Shown here: piece after piece, positions 39,215 through 48,707 of the stretch | How the letters are laid out: every line of letters begins with the position of its first letter | How positions within the stretch are numbered: position 1 is the stretch's first letter | DNA from: Dehalococcoidia bacterium | GTDB taxonomy: Bacteria > Chloroflexota > Dehalococcoidia > Lucifugimonadales > UBA2985 | Length of the DNA stretch: 64,000 nt | Assembly: GCA_034422115.1 (NCBI GenBank) | Contig: DAOUJW010000017.1 | Span: 119,379-183,378, forward strand | Direction of reading: 5' to 3' | Program-made: the position numbers and the translations under genes | Notes under the pieces: generated by a model | The model's input: the letters and a program-made list of their open reading frames with translations, nothing else | Database searches by the model: none | Told to the model about the DNA's origin: nothing

Positions 39215-39270
39215 TCTTAATGGTACGTTAAAGAAGATTTAACAGTCCGTTAAAGTAAGACCCTTAAACT
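39215..39270 (+). promoter_or_regulatory. Pho-box-like array upstream of pstS
   Basis: tcTTAATGGTA cgTTAAAGAAG atTTAACAGTC cgTTAAAGTAA, with cores at 39217, 39228, 39239 and 39250. A fifth TTAAAC lies at 39264. Confidence 0.65.
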
Positions 39271-39302
39271 TAGACAATGCTGGAGGTTGTGAAAAAAGAC
39301 AC

Positions 39303-40433
39303 ATGCGCCTTCTGAAAAAGGAAACAAGAAAGAAGTCTGGAGGCTTCCGGGTTGTGCCGGCGGCCTTAATTTTTATTGTGCTCACCCTGGGCCTGCTGGC
39401 CGTCGCCTGCGGTGAGGAAGACCCAACCGTTGCGCCCACGGCTACTTCCGACACCATGGCGCCGGCGGCCACGGACGCCATGCCTCAGGCCACGGACGCC
39501 ATGATGATGTACGAGGGGGAGATAGCGGTATCGGGGTCCAGCACGGTATTCCCGATCAGCGAAGCGATGGCTGTTGAGTTCAAGACCGTGCAGCCTGACG
39601 TTCGCGTTAACGTGGCGTCGACGGGCACAGGAGCCGGTGGCCGCGCGATGTGCGCCGGAGAGGCAGAGGTCTGGAACGCCTCTAGGCCGTCGAAGCAGTC
39701 TGAGCTGGACACGTGCGCGGAGGCCGGAATTGAGGTGATAGAGATACCGGTGGCCTTTGATGCGCTGTCCGTGGTGTTGAACCCCGGCAACGACTGGGTC
39801 GAGTGCCTGTCAGTGAAGGACCTTGAGACGATATTTGGCCCTGAGGCCCAAGGCGACGTGACCAACTGGAACCAGGTTGACCCGTCATACCCGGACTTGA
39901 ACCTGCGGCTGTACGGCCCCACGACGGCGTCCGGCACCTTTGACTACTTCACCGAGGCCATTATGGACGAGGGCGGAGCGCACCGCGGGGACATGGACCT
40001 GGCAACGGAGGAAGACCCGCTGATAGCGCAGGGGGTGAACGGGGCGCGCGGCGGTGTGGGGTACTTTGGGCTGGCCTACTACGCCCAGTACCAGGAGTTG
40101 GTGAAGGGCGCTGCGATAGAGAATCCTGCCACGGGCGAGTGCGTGGAGCCTTCGGCTGAGTCGGTTGAGGCGGGTTCGTACCTGCCCCTGGCAAGGCCGA
40201 TATTCATCTACGTGCGTGCGGACACTTTGGACGAGAGGCCGGAGGTGGAGGCGTTTGTGAAATTCTACCTGGATCAAGCGCCGAACCTGGTGACGGCAGT
40301 TGGATACGTGCCGCTGCCCGCCGATGTGTATGCGTGGGCCCTGGACAGGCTGGAGAGCCGGACAACCGGGTCGGTGTTCAAGGACGTGGCTGCGGGTACG
40401 CCCATTAACGAGGTGTTGGAGAGAACCCAATAG
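39303..40433 (+). CDS. pstS: Phosphate ABC transporter substrate-binding lipoprotein PstS
   Basis: Lipobox LLAVAC, GSSTVFPI, SRPSKQSE and GTFDYFTE are typical of PstS-family binders. Confidence 0.9.
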   Translation: MRLLKKETRKKSGGFRVVPAALIFIVLTLGLLAVACGEEDPTVAPTATSDTMAPAATDAMPQATDAMMMYEGEIAVSGSSTVFPISEAMAVEFKTVQPDVRVNVASTGTGAGGRAMCAGEAEVWNASRPSKQSELDTCAEAGIEVIEIPVAFDALSVVLNPGNDWVECLSVKDLETIFGPEAQGDVTNWNQVDPSYPDLNLRLYGPTTASGTFDYFTEAIMDEGGAHRGDMDLATEEDPLIAQGVNGARGGVGYFGLAYYAQYQELVKGAAIENPATGECVEPSAESVEAGSYLPLARPIFIYVRADTLDERPEVEAFVKFYLDQAPNLVTAVGYVPLPADVYAWALDRLESRTTGSVFKDVAAGTPINEVLERTQ

Positions 40434-41356
40434 TGGCGAATATTGTCGCCGGATCTTTGCGGGACAGGCGCCTTCGCAGGAAACTGCGGGAGGCGCCTAT
40501 CCTCGCGTTTCTTTTCCTGTGCGCCTTCGTATCGGTGGTGACAACCCTTGGCATAGTGATCGTGCTGCTGGCGGAGGCGTTGCAGTTCTTCCGAGAGGTC
40601 TCCATAGTGGAGTTCCTCACAGGGACCGAGTGGACGCCGCTGTTCTCTATCAAGCAATTTGGAGTGCTGCCACTCCTTTCGGCGACGGCCCTCATTTCCT
40701 TCTTGGCGCTGGGCATAGCCTTCCCCGTCGGCCTGCTGACCGCCATATACCTGAGCGAATACGCCCCGGACAGCGTGCGGTCGACGGTGAAGCCGGTGCT
40801 TGAGGTGCTGGCCGGGATACCGACGGTGGTCTACGGGTTCTTCGCCATATCCTTCATCAACCCGTCCATCATACGGCCCATCTTTGAGACGGAGACCATA
40901 TTCACGGCCCTGGGTGCCGCAATGGCCATGGGCGTGATGCTCATTCCCATGGTGGCGTCTCTGAGCGAGGACGCCATGCGCGCCGTGCCCTCCGCCCTGA
41001 GGGAGGGGGCGTACGCCGTGGGATCCGACCGGCTTCAGGTGTCGGTCAGAGTGGTGGTCCCGGCGGCCCTGTCCGGGATCGTGGCGGCTGGCCTCTTGGC
41101 CCTGGCCAGAGCGGTAGGGGAGACGATGATCGTCACCATCGCCGCCGGGGGCATATCGAACCTGTCGTGGAACCCCCTTGAGGCCATGCAGACCATGACG
41201 GCGTACATAATGGAAGTGGCCATGGGCGACACGCCGAGGGGCACCGTTGAGTACGAGAGCATCTTTGCCGTGGGTCTGATGCTGTTCGTGTTCACGCTGT
41301 CGTTGAACATGCTGGCCCAGGTTGTGATAGCGAAGTTCAGGGAGATATACGATTGA
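40433..41356 (+). CDS. pstC: Phosphate ABC transporter permease PstC
   Basis: The GTG overlaps the pstS stop by 1 nt. 6-TM permease with EAA-type loop SLSEDAMRAVPSALREGAYAVG. Confidence 0.9.
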   Translation: MANIVAGSLRDRRLRRKLREAPILAFLFLCAFVSVVTTLGIVIVLLAEALQFFREVSIVEFLTGTEWTPLFSIKQFGVLPLLSATALISFLALGIAFPVGLLTAIYLSEYAPDSVRSTVKPVLEVLAGIPTVVYGFFAISFINPSIIRPIFETETIFTALGAAMAMGVMLIPMVASLSEDAMRAVPSALREGAYAVGSDRLQVSVRVVVPAALSGIVAAGLLALARAVGETMIVTIAAGGISNLSWNPLEAMQTMTAYIMEVAMGDTPRGTVEYESIFAVGLMLFVFTLSLNMLAQVVIAKFREIYD

Positions 41357-42243
41357 TTCCCACAGCCACTTATGACAGGCCCGTTCAGAGAAACCAGGCA
41401 ATTCGCAAGGCGCGGGGGATTGGCTTTATTTTCCTGGCTATGCTGGCTACGTCGCTGGGCGTGGTTGTCCTGGCGGTGCTGCTGATAACCGTGGTCAGGG
41501 ACGGCATTGGGGCGCTCAGCTTCGACTTCGTCAACAGCTTCCCGCACTACAAGGCGGCGGAGGCCGGGGCAAAGTCCGCCCTTGCGGGGACCCTCTGGGT
41601 GATGGCGATTACGGCGTTCTTTTCCATAATTGTGGGTGTAGGGGCGTCCATCTACCTGGAAGAATTTGCTTCGCGTAACTGGTTTACCAAGATAGTGGAG
41701 ACGAACATCAACAACCTGGCCGGAGTTCCTTCGGTGGTGTATGGCCTGCTGGGGCTGGCGGTGTTCGTTTACGGCATGGGATTCGGCCCCACCATCATGG
41801 CTGGCGGTCTCACCCTGGCGCTACTCATCCTCCCCATCATAGTGGTGGCGTCGAGGGAGGGCCTGCGGTCAGTGCCCCCTTCCATAAGAGAGGCGGCTAT
41901 GGCCCTGGGCGCGACCAGGTGGCAGGCGGTGCGATTCCAGGTGCTGCCGGCGGCGCTGCCCACGATCTTGACCGGCTTTATCCTTGCGCTGGCCAGGGCC
42001 ATCGGCGAGACGGCTCCCCTTATCGCCATAGGAGCCTTTACGTCAGTCCTGTTCGTGCCAACCGATCCCTTTGACGCATTCACGGTGCTGCCGGTGCAGA
42101 TTTACAGCTGGATCAGCAGGCCCCTGCCGGCCTTCCAGGAGAACGCGGCGGCCGGGATAATAGTGCTTCTTGCCGTCCTGCTGCTGATGAACGCAGTTGC
42201 CATAACGCTGAGAAACATTTACTCTAGGAGGAGCAGATGGTAA
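41353..42243 (+). CDS. pstA: Phosphate ABC transporter permease PstA
   Basis: Overlaps pstC by 4 nt. [24 protein letters not shown] loop. Confidence 0.9.
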   Translation: MIPTATYDRPVQRNQAIRKARGIGFIFLAMLATSLGVVVLAVLLITVVRDGIGALSFDFVNSFPHYKAAEAGAKSALAGTLWVMAITAFFSIIVGVGASIYLEEFASRNWFTKIVETNINNLAGVPSVVYGLLGLAVFVYGMGFGPTIMAGGLTLALLILPIIVVASREGLRSVPPSIREAAMALGATRWQAVRFQVLPAALPTILTGFILALARAIGETAPLIAIGAFTSVLFVPTDPFDAFTVLPVQIYSWISRPLPAFQENAAAGIIVLLAVLLLMNAVAITLRNIYSRRSRW

Positions 42244-43079
42244 CCAATAAATTAGTGAGTCCGCCGCATGTAAGCGCGGCGGAAGCAATTGTGGAGTTGC
42301 CAGTGGATGCGTCTTCAGAGCCGGTAATCGACGTCAAGGGTCTCAGGGCTTTCTACGGGAGCCACCTGGCGGTGAAGGATATTGACCTCTCACTGCGGCG
42401 CGGGCGCGTCACGGCCGTCATTGGTCCATCCGGGTGCGGCAAGAGCACTCTCGTCCGCTGCCTCAACCGGATGCACGAGATGATACCCGGGGGACACGTG
42501 CAGGGCCACGTCTTCTACCAGGGAGATGACATATACGACCCCAAGGTTGACCCGGTTGAGCTTCGCAGCCGAATCGGGATGGTCTTTCAGAAGCCAAACC
42601 CGTTCCCCAAGTCCATTTTCGACAACGTGGCCTTTGGCCTGAAGGTGAACGGAATCAGCGACCACATTGCGGACAGGGTGGAGCGCTCCCTCAGGCGGGC
42701 GGCTCTCTGGGAAGAGGTGAAGGACAGGCTGAAGGAGAGTGCCCTTCAGCTCTCCGGCGGACAGCAGCAGCGACTTTGCATCGCCAGGGCCCTGGCCGTG
42801 GAGCCGGAGGTTATCCTGATGGACGAGCCGTGCTCGGCGCTGGACCCCATGGCAACTCTGGCCGTGGAGGAGCTGATCCGGGAGCTGTCCCAAGAGGTCA
42901 CCATCATCATAGTAACCCACAACATGCAGCAGGCCGCCCGTGTCTCCCACGAGACTGCCTTCCTCATGACGGATGAAGACAGGTCGGGATATCTGGTAGA
43001 ATATGGGCCAACCAACGAGATTTTCACGAACCCCAAGAACGAGCGCACAGAGGCGTACATAACGGGCCGATTCAGCTAG
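42237..43079 (+). CDS. pstB: Phosphate ABC transporter ATP-binding protein PstB
   Basis: Walker [10 protein letters not shown], signature [14 protein letters not shown], Walker [12 protein letters not shown], PstB-typical NRMHE. Confidence 0.95.
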   Translation: MVTNKLVSPPHVSAAEAIVELPVDASSEPVIDVKGLRAFYGSHLAVKDIDLSLRRGRVTAVIGPSGCGKSTLVRCLNRMHEMIPGGHVQGHVFYQGDDIYDPKVDPVELRSRIGMVFQKPNPFPKSIFDNVAFGLKVNGISDHIADRVERSLRRAALWEEVKDRLKESALQLSGGQQQRLCIARALAVEPEVILMDEPCSALDPMATLAVEELIRELSQEVTIIIVTHNMQQAARVSHETAFLMTDEDRSGYLVEYGPTNEIFTNPKNERTEAYITGRFS

Positions 43080-43100
43080 CCGGCGGAAAAGGGGGGCGTC

Positions 43101-43778
43101 ATGCTCAGGGCGGACTTTGACAGGCATCTGCGGATGCTGCAGAGCGATCTCCTAATCCTGGGAAGCATGGTGGAGAAGGCCATTATGAAGTCGCTGGATG
43201 CCCTGAAGCGACGGGACCTTGAGGCGTCCCGCCAGGTCATCCTGGAGGACGACTTCATAGACGAGAAGCGCTTCCAGCTGGAGGAGCAGTGCGTGGAGCT
43301 CATTGCCACCCAGCAGCCAATGGCCAGCGACCTCAGGGCCATCATCACAATGCTCCACATCGCCGTTGAGCTGGAGCGCATGGGGGACTACGCCGAGGGC
43401 ATAGCCAAGATCAGCCTGATGATGGGCGACGATCCTCCCCTTAAGCCCCTGATTGACATACCCCGGATGTCTGAGATGGCAACAGACATGCTCCGCCGGA
43501 GTCTGGACGCCCTTGTGCACAAGGACACGGTTTCAGCAATGGCCGTCTGCCACGACGACGATGACGTGGACGCCCTGTACGACCAGGTGTACCGGGAGCT
43601 CATCTTCTTCATGATCCAGGACCCCAAGACCATCCAGCGCGCCACCCACCTGCTGTGGGTTGCCCACGACATCGAGCGCGTTGCAGACCGGGCCACCAAC
43701 ATCGCCGAGAGGGTGATCTTCATGGTCACCGGGAAGATGTTTGAGATCAACTCGCCAACCCGCGGTACTTCCACCTGA
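43101..43778 (+). CDS. phoU: Phosphate signalling complex protein PhoU
   Basis: 225 aa with two PhoU repeats (ELERMGDYAEGIA, DIERVADRATNIAE). Confidence 0.92.
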   Translation: MLRADFDRHLRMLQSDLLILGSMVEKAIMKSLDALKRRDLEASRQVILEDDFIDEKRFQLEEQCVELIATQQPMASDLRAIITMLHIAVELERMGDYAEGIAKISLMMGDDPPLKPLIDIPRMSEMATDMLRRSLDALVHKDTVSAMAVCHDDDDVDALYDQVYRELIFFMIQDPKTIQRATHLLWVAHDIERVADRATNIAERVIFMVTGKMFEINSPTRGTST

Positions 43779-43891
43779 CGCGCCCCACACTTAAGGCTTA
43801 GAGTTGGGGATAGTCCTGCCCATCGCTGCATTCCGGGCAGATCGCACGTCACGAGTATCCCGCGCGGTTTAGACAGGTCTGTCCTGGTGGT

Positions 43892-43966
43892 TGGAGCGGG
43901 TGATGGGGATCGAACCCACGACAACTTGCTTGGGAAGCAAGAGCTCTACCACTGAGCTACACCCGC
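43892..43966 (-). tRNA. tRNA-Gly (anticodon CCC), CCA encoded
   Basis: The reverse complement GCGGGTGTAGCTCAGTGGTAGAGCTCTTGCTTCCCAAGCAAGTTGTCGTGGGTTCGATCCCCATCACCCGCTCCA folds into a cloverleaf: 7-bp acceptor stem, GCTC/GAGC D stem, CTTGC/GCAAG anticodon stem with loop TTCCCAA, and a GGTTCGATCC T arm. Confidence 0.93.
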
Positions 43967-44106
43967 CTGCCTGAATTTTAAGGCTGCGGACTTTGGGTGT
44001 CAAACGACTTTTTTCCTTAAGATTTCAACTTTGACTCGTAATCTTCTCAGGTGTAGAGTATAAGTGTGCCTCCGTACAGAAACTCGATAACGCAGGCGGC
44101 TGAGGT

Positions 44107-44544
44107 ATGTCAATCAGAGACCACTTGAGGCAGGGCGAAGCAATAATCTCGGACCACAACCCGTTCTATGCCACCTCCTATCGGGTTATTCACTACGAGG
44201 AGAGGGACGGAAACGAAGAGCTCCAGGAGCTGCCCTACTCGCGGCTGACCTCCGTGGAGGTGGTCAAGCTGGCCCGCCACAGGGTGATGATTGCAGGGAC
44301 GATGATGGTGATAGGCGGGGTCATTATGGCGGTGACCCTGGTGTTTATCACGTCCTGGCTTACCATCATAGCCGGCATAGGCGTGGTAATCTACGGCGGC
44401 ATAGGCCGCGAAGCCTACTACCAGTTCCACGCCGAGGGAATGGACAAGGAGGAGGAGGCGCGCTGGCGGCTGGCCTACTGGGGTAGCGGCAGCTTTGTCC
44501 GCACCGTGCAGACCGTGATAGGTGACGGCTCCAGGATCAACTAG
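44107..44544 (+). CDS. Hypothetical membrane protein (two TM helices after a soluble N-terminal domain)
   Basis: 145-aa ORF. Hydrophobic stretch VMIAGTMMVIGGVIMAVTLVFITSWLTIIAGIGVVIYGG. Confidence 0.55.
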   Translation: MSIRDHLRQGEAIISDHNPFYATSYRVIHYEERDGNEELQELPYSRLTSVEVVKLARHRVMIAGTMMVIGGVIMAVTLVFITSWLTIIAGIGVVIYGGIGREAYYQFHAEGMDKEEEARWRLAYWGSGSFVRTVQTVIGDGSRIN

Positions 44545-44564
44545 GCGCGGCCGCGGCCCGAGAG

Positions 44565-45611
44565 CTAAGGCAGGACCTGAATCTCCGACTCGCCTCTTTC
44601 AGTGATCTCACCCACCACGCTAGCCTCCACAATCCCTCTCCGGGTCAGCTCCTGCATCAGCAGAGTCACCTTTTCCGGCGCGACGGCAATCAGCAGCCCG
44701 CCGGAGGTCTGGGCATCCGCCAGCAGCAGCTTGTCCTCCTGGGTGATTGAGGCGTCCCACGAAGTTACCAAGTCAACCGACTCAAGGTTGCGTTGCGTTC
44801 CGCCAGAAATGGCCCCCGCCTGGAGCAGCTCACGGGTCCCCTGGATGAGGGGCACTTGGGACAGGTGTATCCTGGCCGTCACTCCTGAGGCTTCGACCAT
44901 GCCCTGCAGGTGGCCCAGCAGCCCGAAGCCGGTGACGTCGGTGCAGGCGTTCGCTCCAACCTCCATCATGGCCTCCGATGCGTTCTTGTTCAACTGTGCC
45001 ATCAGGTGAACGGCCCGGGAGAGGGTGTCCGGGTCGGCTATGCCGTTCTTGCCTGCGGTCGTTATGACGCCCGAACCCAGGGGCTTGGTGAGCACCAGCG
45101 CGTCGCCGGGCCGCGCGCCCGCGTTGGTAACCTGACGCCCCGGCTCGACCATACCGGTCACCGCCATGCCGTACTTGGGTTCCTGGTCGTTCACAGTGTG
45201 GCCGCCCACAATCAGCACTCCGGCCTCCTTCGCTTTGTCGGCTCCTCCCCGCAGCACCTCTCCCAGGATGTCCACAGGCAGGTCCGTGGGGAAGCAGACC
45301 AGGTTGAGGGCAAGGACGGGCCTGCCGCCCATGGCGTATACGTCGCTGAAGGAGTTGGCCGCGGCAATGGCGCCGAAGTGCCAGGGGTCGTCCACAATGG
45401 GCGGGAAGAAGTCAACGGTGAGGACCAGGGCCGAATCCTCACCCAGCCGGTAGACGGCGGCGTCGTCTCCGGTGGCGGTCCCAACCAGAAGGTTGGGGTC
45501 CTCAAACGTGGGCAGCCGGCGCAGGACCTGCGCCAGGTCGGTTGGACTGAACTTGGAAGCTCAACCGGCGCAGTTGGCCAGGCTGGTCAGGCGTATCTGC
45601 TCACCCTGCAT
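44565..45611 (-). CDS. selD: Selenide, water dikinase (selenophosphate synthetase) containing selenocysteine (in-frame TGA at 45563-45561)
   Basis: The ORF track starts at an internal Met (45395). Reading upstream in frame gives [56 protein letters not shown]..., collinear with E. coli SelD IRLTQYSHGAGCGCKISP...DPNLLVG..DDAAVY. The TGA aligns with Cys17. ATG 45611 is preceded by GAAAGGAAGAGGGA. Confidence 0.85.
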
Positions 45612-45718
45612 TCCCTCTTCCTTTCTCGTGGACGAATCTACTCCGCTCTGCTCCAATGGTAGCACATTCTAACGACCCTTTGGGCAGATGGGCCTTCGGA
45701 AACGACGGGGCTTGTCGC

Positions 45719-46813
45719 TCACTCCGACGTTCCCACCGATACGGACGTAACAGGCGGAAGGTTGTCCGCCAGAACGTCCCAGGTATCGCCCTCGTCGATG
45801 CTGTAGAAGACCTTGCCCGTGTTTGTGCCAAAGTACACCCCGGCTGGAGACTGGGAGTCCGTCGCCAGGCACTCCCTGTATATGCCCATGAATGCGTTCT
45901 CCTGGGGCAGCCCGTCGCCCAGGGCCTGCCAGGAGCGGCCCGCGTCGCGGGAGCGGTAGACCCGGAGCTTTCCGTCCGCGGGGCATCGGAAGTCGTCCGA
46001 CTGAAGGGGTATCACGTAGACGGTCTCGCTTTCCCCGGGGTGAAGGGCCATTGTAAAGCCGAAGTCCGAGGGCAGGCCCGCCGTTATCTCCTCCCACGAC
46101 TCGCCGCCGTCCGCGCTGTGGTAAGTCCCCCAGTGACCCTGCATGAAGAGGGAGTTTGGATTGTCTGGGGCCATGACCATTTTGTGGACGCACTGACCGG
46201 ACTCAGGATATCGATCGGGCAGCTCCTCTGTACGGATTCCTTGATTAAGTGGCCGCCAGGCGCTTCCGCCGTCCTCGGTGCCGTAGACCCCACCCGCCGA
46301 TATGCCGACGACAATGCGTTCAGGGTTCAAGGAGTCTGGCAGGATGGTGTGCGCCATGAGCCCGCCGCCGCCCTCGTGCCATGTGGAGCTGGTCGGGTGC
46401 TCCGCGAGTCCTCTCACTTCACGCCACGTCTCGCCTGAGTCCTCGCTGCGGAAGAGGGCCGCCGGCGCAACTCCGGCGTACAGGACGCCCGGCAGGGCAG
46501 CAGGGCCGGGTTCAACGTGCCAGAGACGCTGCACCGTAAGCCCGCGGTCCGGGTCAAAGGCCGGGTTTCTAGTGGAAGACTCCCATGAACGGCCCAGGTC
46601 GCGGCTGCGGACTATCTCACCTCCAAACCAGGGGTCGTTGAGAGTTGCGTACACCGTGCCGGTGCGAGGGTCCTGCATAGCGTGGTTGATCTCCTTGCCC
46701 TGCAGAGAGATGCCTCCGTCCAGCTCCCAGCGCCTGCGGTCGCTGCTGGTGAATATGAGCAGCCCCTTCCTGGTGCCCACCATGAGGGCGACTTTGCCTT
46801 TGGTAGTTGTCAT
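45719..46813 (-). CDS. BNR/Asp-box repeat beta-propeller protein (sialidase/Ycf48-like fold, function unknown)
   Basis: Six S-x-D-x-G-x-x-W boxes (SRDLGRSW, SEDSGETW, TEDGGSAW, SADGGESW, SRDAGRSW, SIDEGDTW). Start at MTTTKGKVALMVG with a GGAGGA RBS. Confidence 0.8.
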   Translation of the reverse strand: MTTTKGKVALMVGTRKGLLIFTSSDRRRWELDGGISLQGKEINHAMQDPRTGTVYATLNDPWFGGEIVRSRDLGRSWESSTRNPAFDPDRGLTVQRLWHVEPGPAALPGVLYAGVAPAALFRSEDSGETWREVRGLAEHPTSSTWHEGGGGLMAHTILPDSLNPERIVVGISAGGVYGTEDGGSAWRPLNQGIRTEELPDRYPESGQCVHKMVMAPDNPNSLFMQGHWGTYHSADGGESWEEITAGLPSDFGFTMALHPGESETVYVIPLQSDDFRCPADGKLRVYRSRDAGRSWQALGDGLPQENAFMGIYRECLATDSQSPAGVYFGTNTGKVFYSIDEGDTWDVLADNLPPVTSVSVGTSE

Positions 46814-46829
46814 GTCCGATCCTCCGAGA

Positions 46830-47768
46830 CTAAAGCGAAGTGTACACATACCGCTCTCCGTTGTCCGGCAAAATCGTGACAACTCTCTTGCCGGGGCCGA
46901 GACGCTCGGCGATGCGCAGGGCGGCGAAGACGTTGGCCCCGGAGGAGATTCCCACCATAAGACCCTCCTCCCGCGCAAGGCGGAAGGTCATGTAGTAGGC
47001 GTCCTCATCCGCCACGCCGATTATCTCGTCTATGACGTCCAGGTTGAGGATGGGCGGCACGAAGTCCGGCCCCAGGCCCGGGATGCCGTGATTTCCCGGG
47101 GCGCCCTCTTGCAGCAGTGGCGATGCGGCAGGCTCCACGGCCACCACAAGCGTATCGGGGTTGGCCGCCTTCAGCGCCTCTCCAACTCCAGTGATTGTGC
47201 CGCCGGTACCGACCCCCGCCACAAAGGCGTCCACTCGCCCGCCGGTGTCCCGGAGTATCTCGCGGCCGGTGGTCTCCCGATGTACCCTGGCGTTGACCGG
47301 GTTCTCAAACTGGTTGAGCATCAGGAAGGTGGGGTTCTCCCGGACAAGCGCCTCCGCGGCGCGGATGGCCCCGGGCATGGCCTCAATGGAGGGCGTAGTG
47401 TGGATTCTGGCGCCGAAGCGCGTCAGCAGCCGTTTGCGCTCGGAAGGGGCGTTCTCCGGCATGACGATTGTGACGTAGTAGCCCTTGGCCGCGGCCACCA
47501 TCGCCAGGGCCACGCCGGAGTTGCCGCTGGTCGGCTCCACAATGGTGTACCCCGGCAGCAGCTTTCCAGACTGCTCCGCGTCCTCAATCATGCCCAGGGC
47601 AATGCGGTCCTTGATACTGCCCGTGGGGTTGTAGCTCTCCAGCTTTCCCAAGACAGAGGCCACCCCCTCTCCCGCGATTCGGTTCAGGGAGACCATCGGG
47701 GTGTTGCCTATCAGGTTCAGGACGCTATCGGACACGGGAAAACCCTCAACTTCAGAGCGATGCTTCAT
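46830..47768 (-). CDS. cysK: Cysteine synthase A / O-acetylserine sulfhydrylase (PLP-dependent)
   Basis: LIGNTPMVSLNRI, PLP-lysine motif NPTGSIKDRIA, GVGTGGTITGVG. Confidence 0.9.
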   Translation of the reverse strand: MKHRSEVEGFPVSDSVLNLIGNTPMVSLNRIAGEGVASVLGKLESYNPTGSIKDRIALGMIEDAEQSGKLLPGYTIVEPTSGNSGVALAMVAAAKGYYVTIVMPENAPSERKRLLTRFGARIHTTPSIEAMPGAIRAAEALVRENPTFLMLNQFENPVNARVHRETTGREILRDTGGRVDAFVAGVGTGGTITGVGEALKAANPDTLVVAVEPAASPLLQEGAPGNHGIPGLGPDFVPPILNLDVIDEIIGVADEDAYYMTFRLAREEGLMVGISSGANVFAALRIAERLGPGKRVVTILPDNGERYVYTSL

Positions 47769-47895
47769 TTTGCCCCGACCTCAAATCGGCGTCAAGGAGC
47801 GGCGGGCTTGGTTGCCTAGCCAAGTGAAGGCGTGTTATATTCACACCTGCACGTCGCAGCGCAGTGATATACGGCAGGTACGGAGGCGCCGTTAA

Positions 47896-48705
47896 GTGGA
47901 CCGGCTCAAGGAGAGCTTCCAGAATATCCGCGAGAGGGGGACGCCCGGTGTGATCCCCTTTCTCACCGCAGGCTTTCCGACCATCGATGAAACCCTTCCT
48001 CTGCTGACTGCTCTGGTGGACGGCGGCGCGGACGCAATTGAGTTGGGGGTGCCTTTCAGCGACCCTCTTGCGGACGGCCCGACCATTCAGCGAGCCAGCT
48101 TCCAGGCTCTCAGCCAGGGCGTCAACCTCGGCATCTGCATCCAGATGTGCCGCCAGCTCAGGGCGCAGGGCGCGGTCGTGCCGATGGTGTTTATGGGGTA
48201 CTACAACCCGATGCTCAGCTACGGCCTGGAGCGCTTTGCCGATGACGCCTGCGACGCCGGTGTCGACGGGGTGATAGTGCCGGACCTGCCTTACGAAGAG
48301 GCGGAGACCCTGCAGACCATATGCGGCCGGAAGGGGATTCACGTGATACCTCTGCTTGCGCCCACAAGCACGGACGAACGCATTGCCAAGATGTGCGAGA
48401 AGGCCGACGCTTTCGTGTACTGCGTGAGCCTCACAGGTGTCACCGGGGCGCGGCAGGAGCTTCCCAGCGGCATACCCGCATTGACCCAGAAGGTCAGGAA
48501 GCACACAGACCTGCCAATAGCCATTGGCTTCGGCATATCCCAGAGCCGCCACGTGCAGGCGTTGGCCCCCTACGCCGAGGCGGCTGTTGTGGGGAGCGCC
48601 CTCATAGACGTGGTGGAGAGCGCGCCGTCGGAGAAGCGAGAGGAGGCCGTGAGGGACTTCGTGGCCGGGCTCAAGGGCGCGGAATACAGGGGCGAGGGGC
48701 GCTGA
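47896..48705 (+). CDS. trpA: Tryptophan synthase alpha chain
   Basis: IPFLTAGFPT...GADAIELGVPFSDPLADGPTIQ...GFGIS (GTG start). Confidence 0.9.
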   Translation: MDRLKESFQNIRERGTPGVIPFLTAGFPTIDETLPLLTALVDGGADAIELGVPFSDPLADGPTIQRASFQALSQGVNLGICIQMCRQLRAQGAVVPMVFMGYYNPMLSYGLERFADDACDAGVDGVIVPDLPYEEAETLQTICGRKGIHVIPLLAPTSTDERIAKMCEKADAFVYCVSLTGVTGARQELPSGIPALTQKVRKHTDLPIAIGFGISQSRHVQALAPYAEAAVVGSALIDVVESAPSEKREEAVRDFVAGLKGAEYRGEGR

Positions 48706-48707
48706 CT

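Noticed and set aside
46302-47819. 505-aa plus-strand ORF
   Set aside because: It is antisense to the Asp-box protein and cysK, both of which have clear family motifs.
47896-48705. trpA without an adjacent trpB, considered as an anomaly
   Set aside because: Scattered trp genes are common. Pairing with aroH (aromatic amino-acid metabolism) is a sensible context, and trpB may lie elsewhere in the genome.
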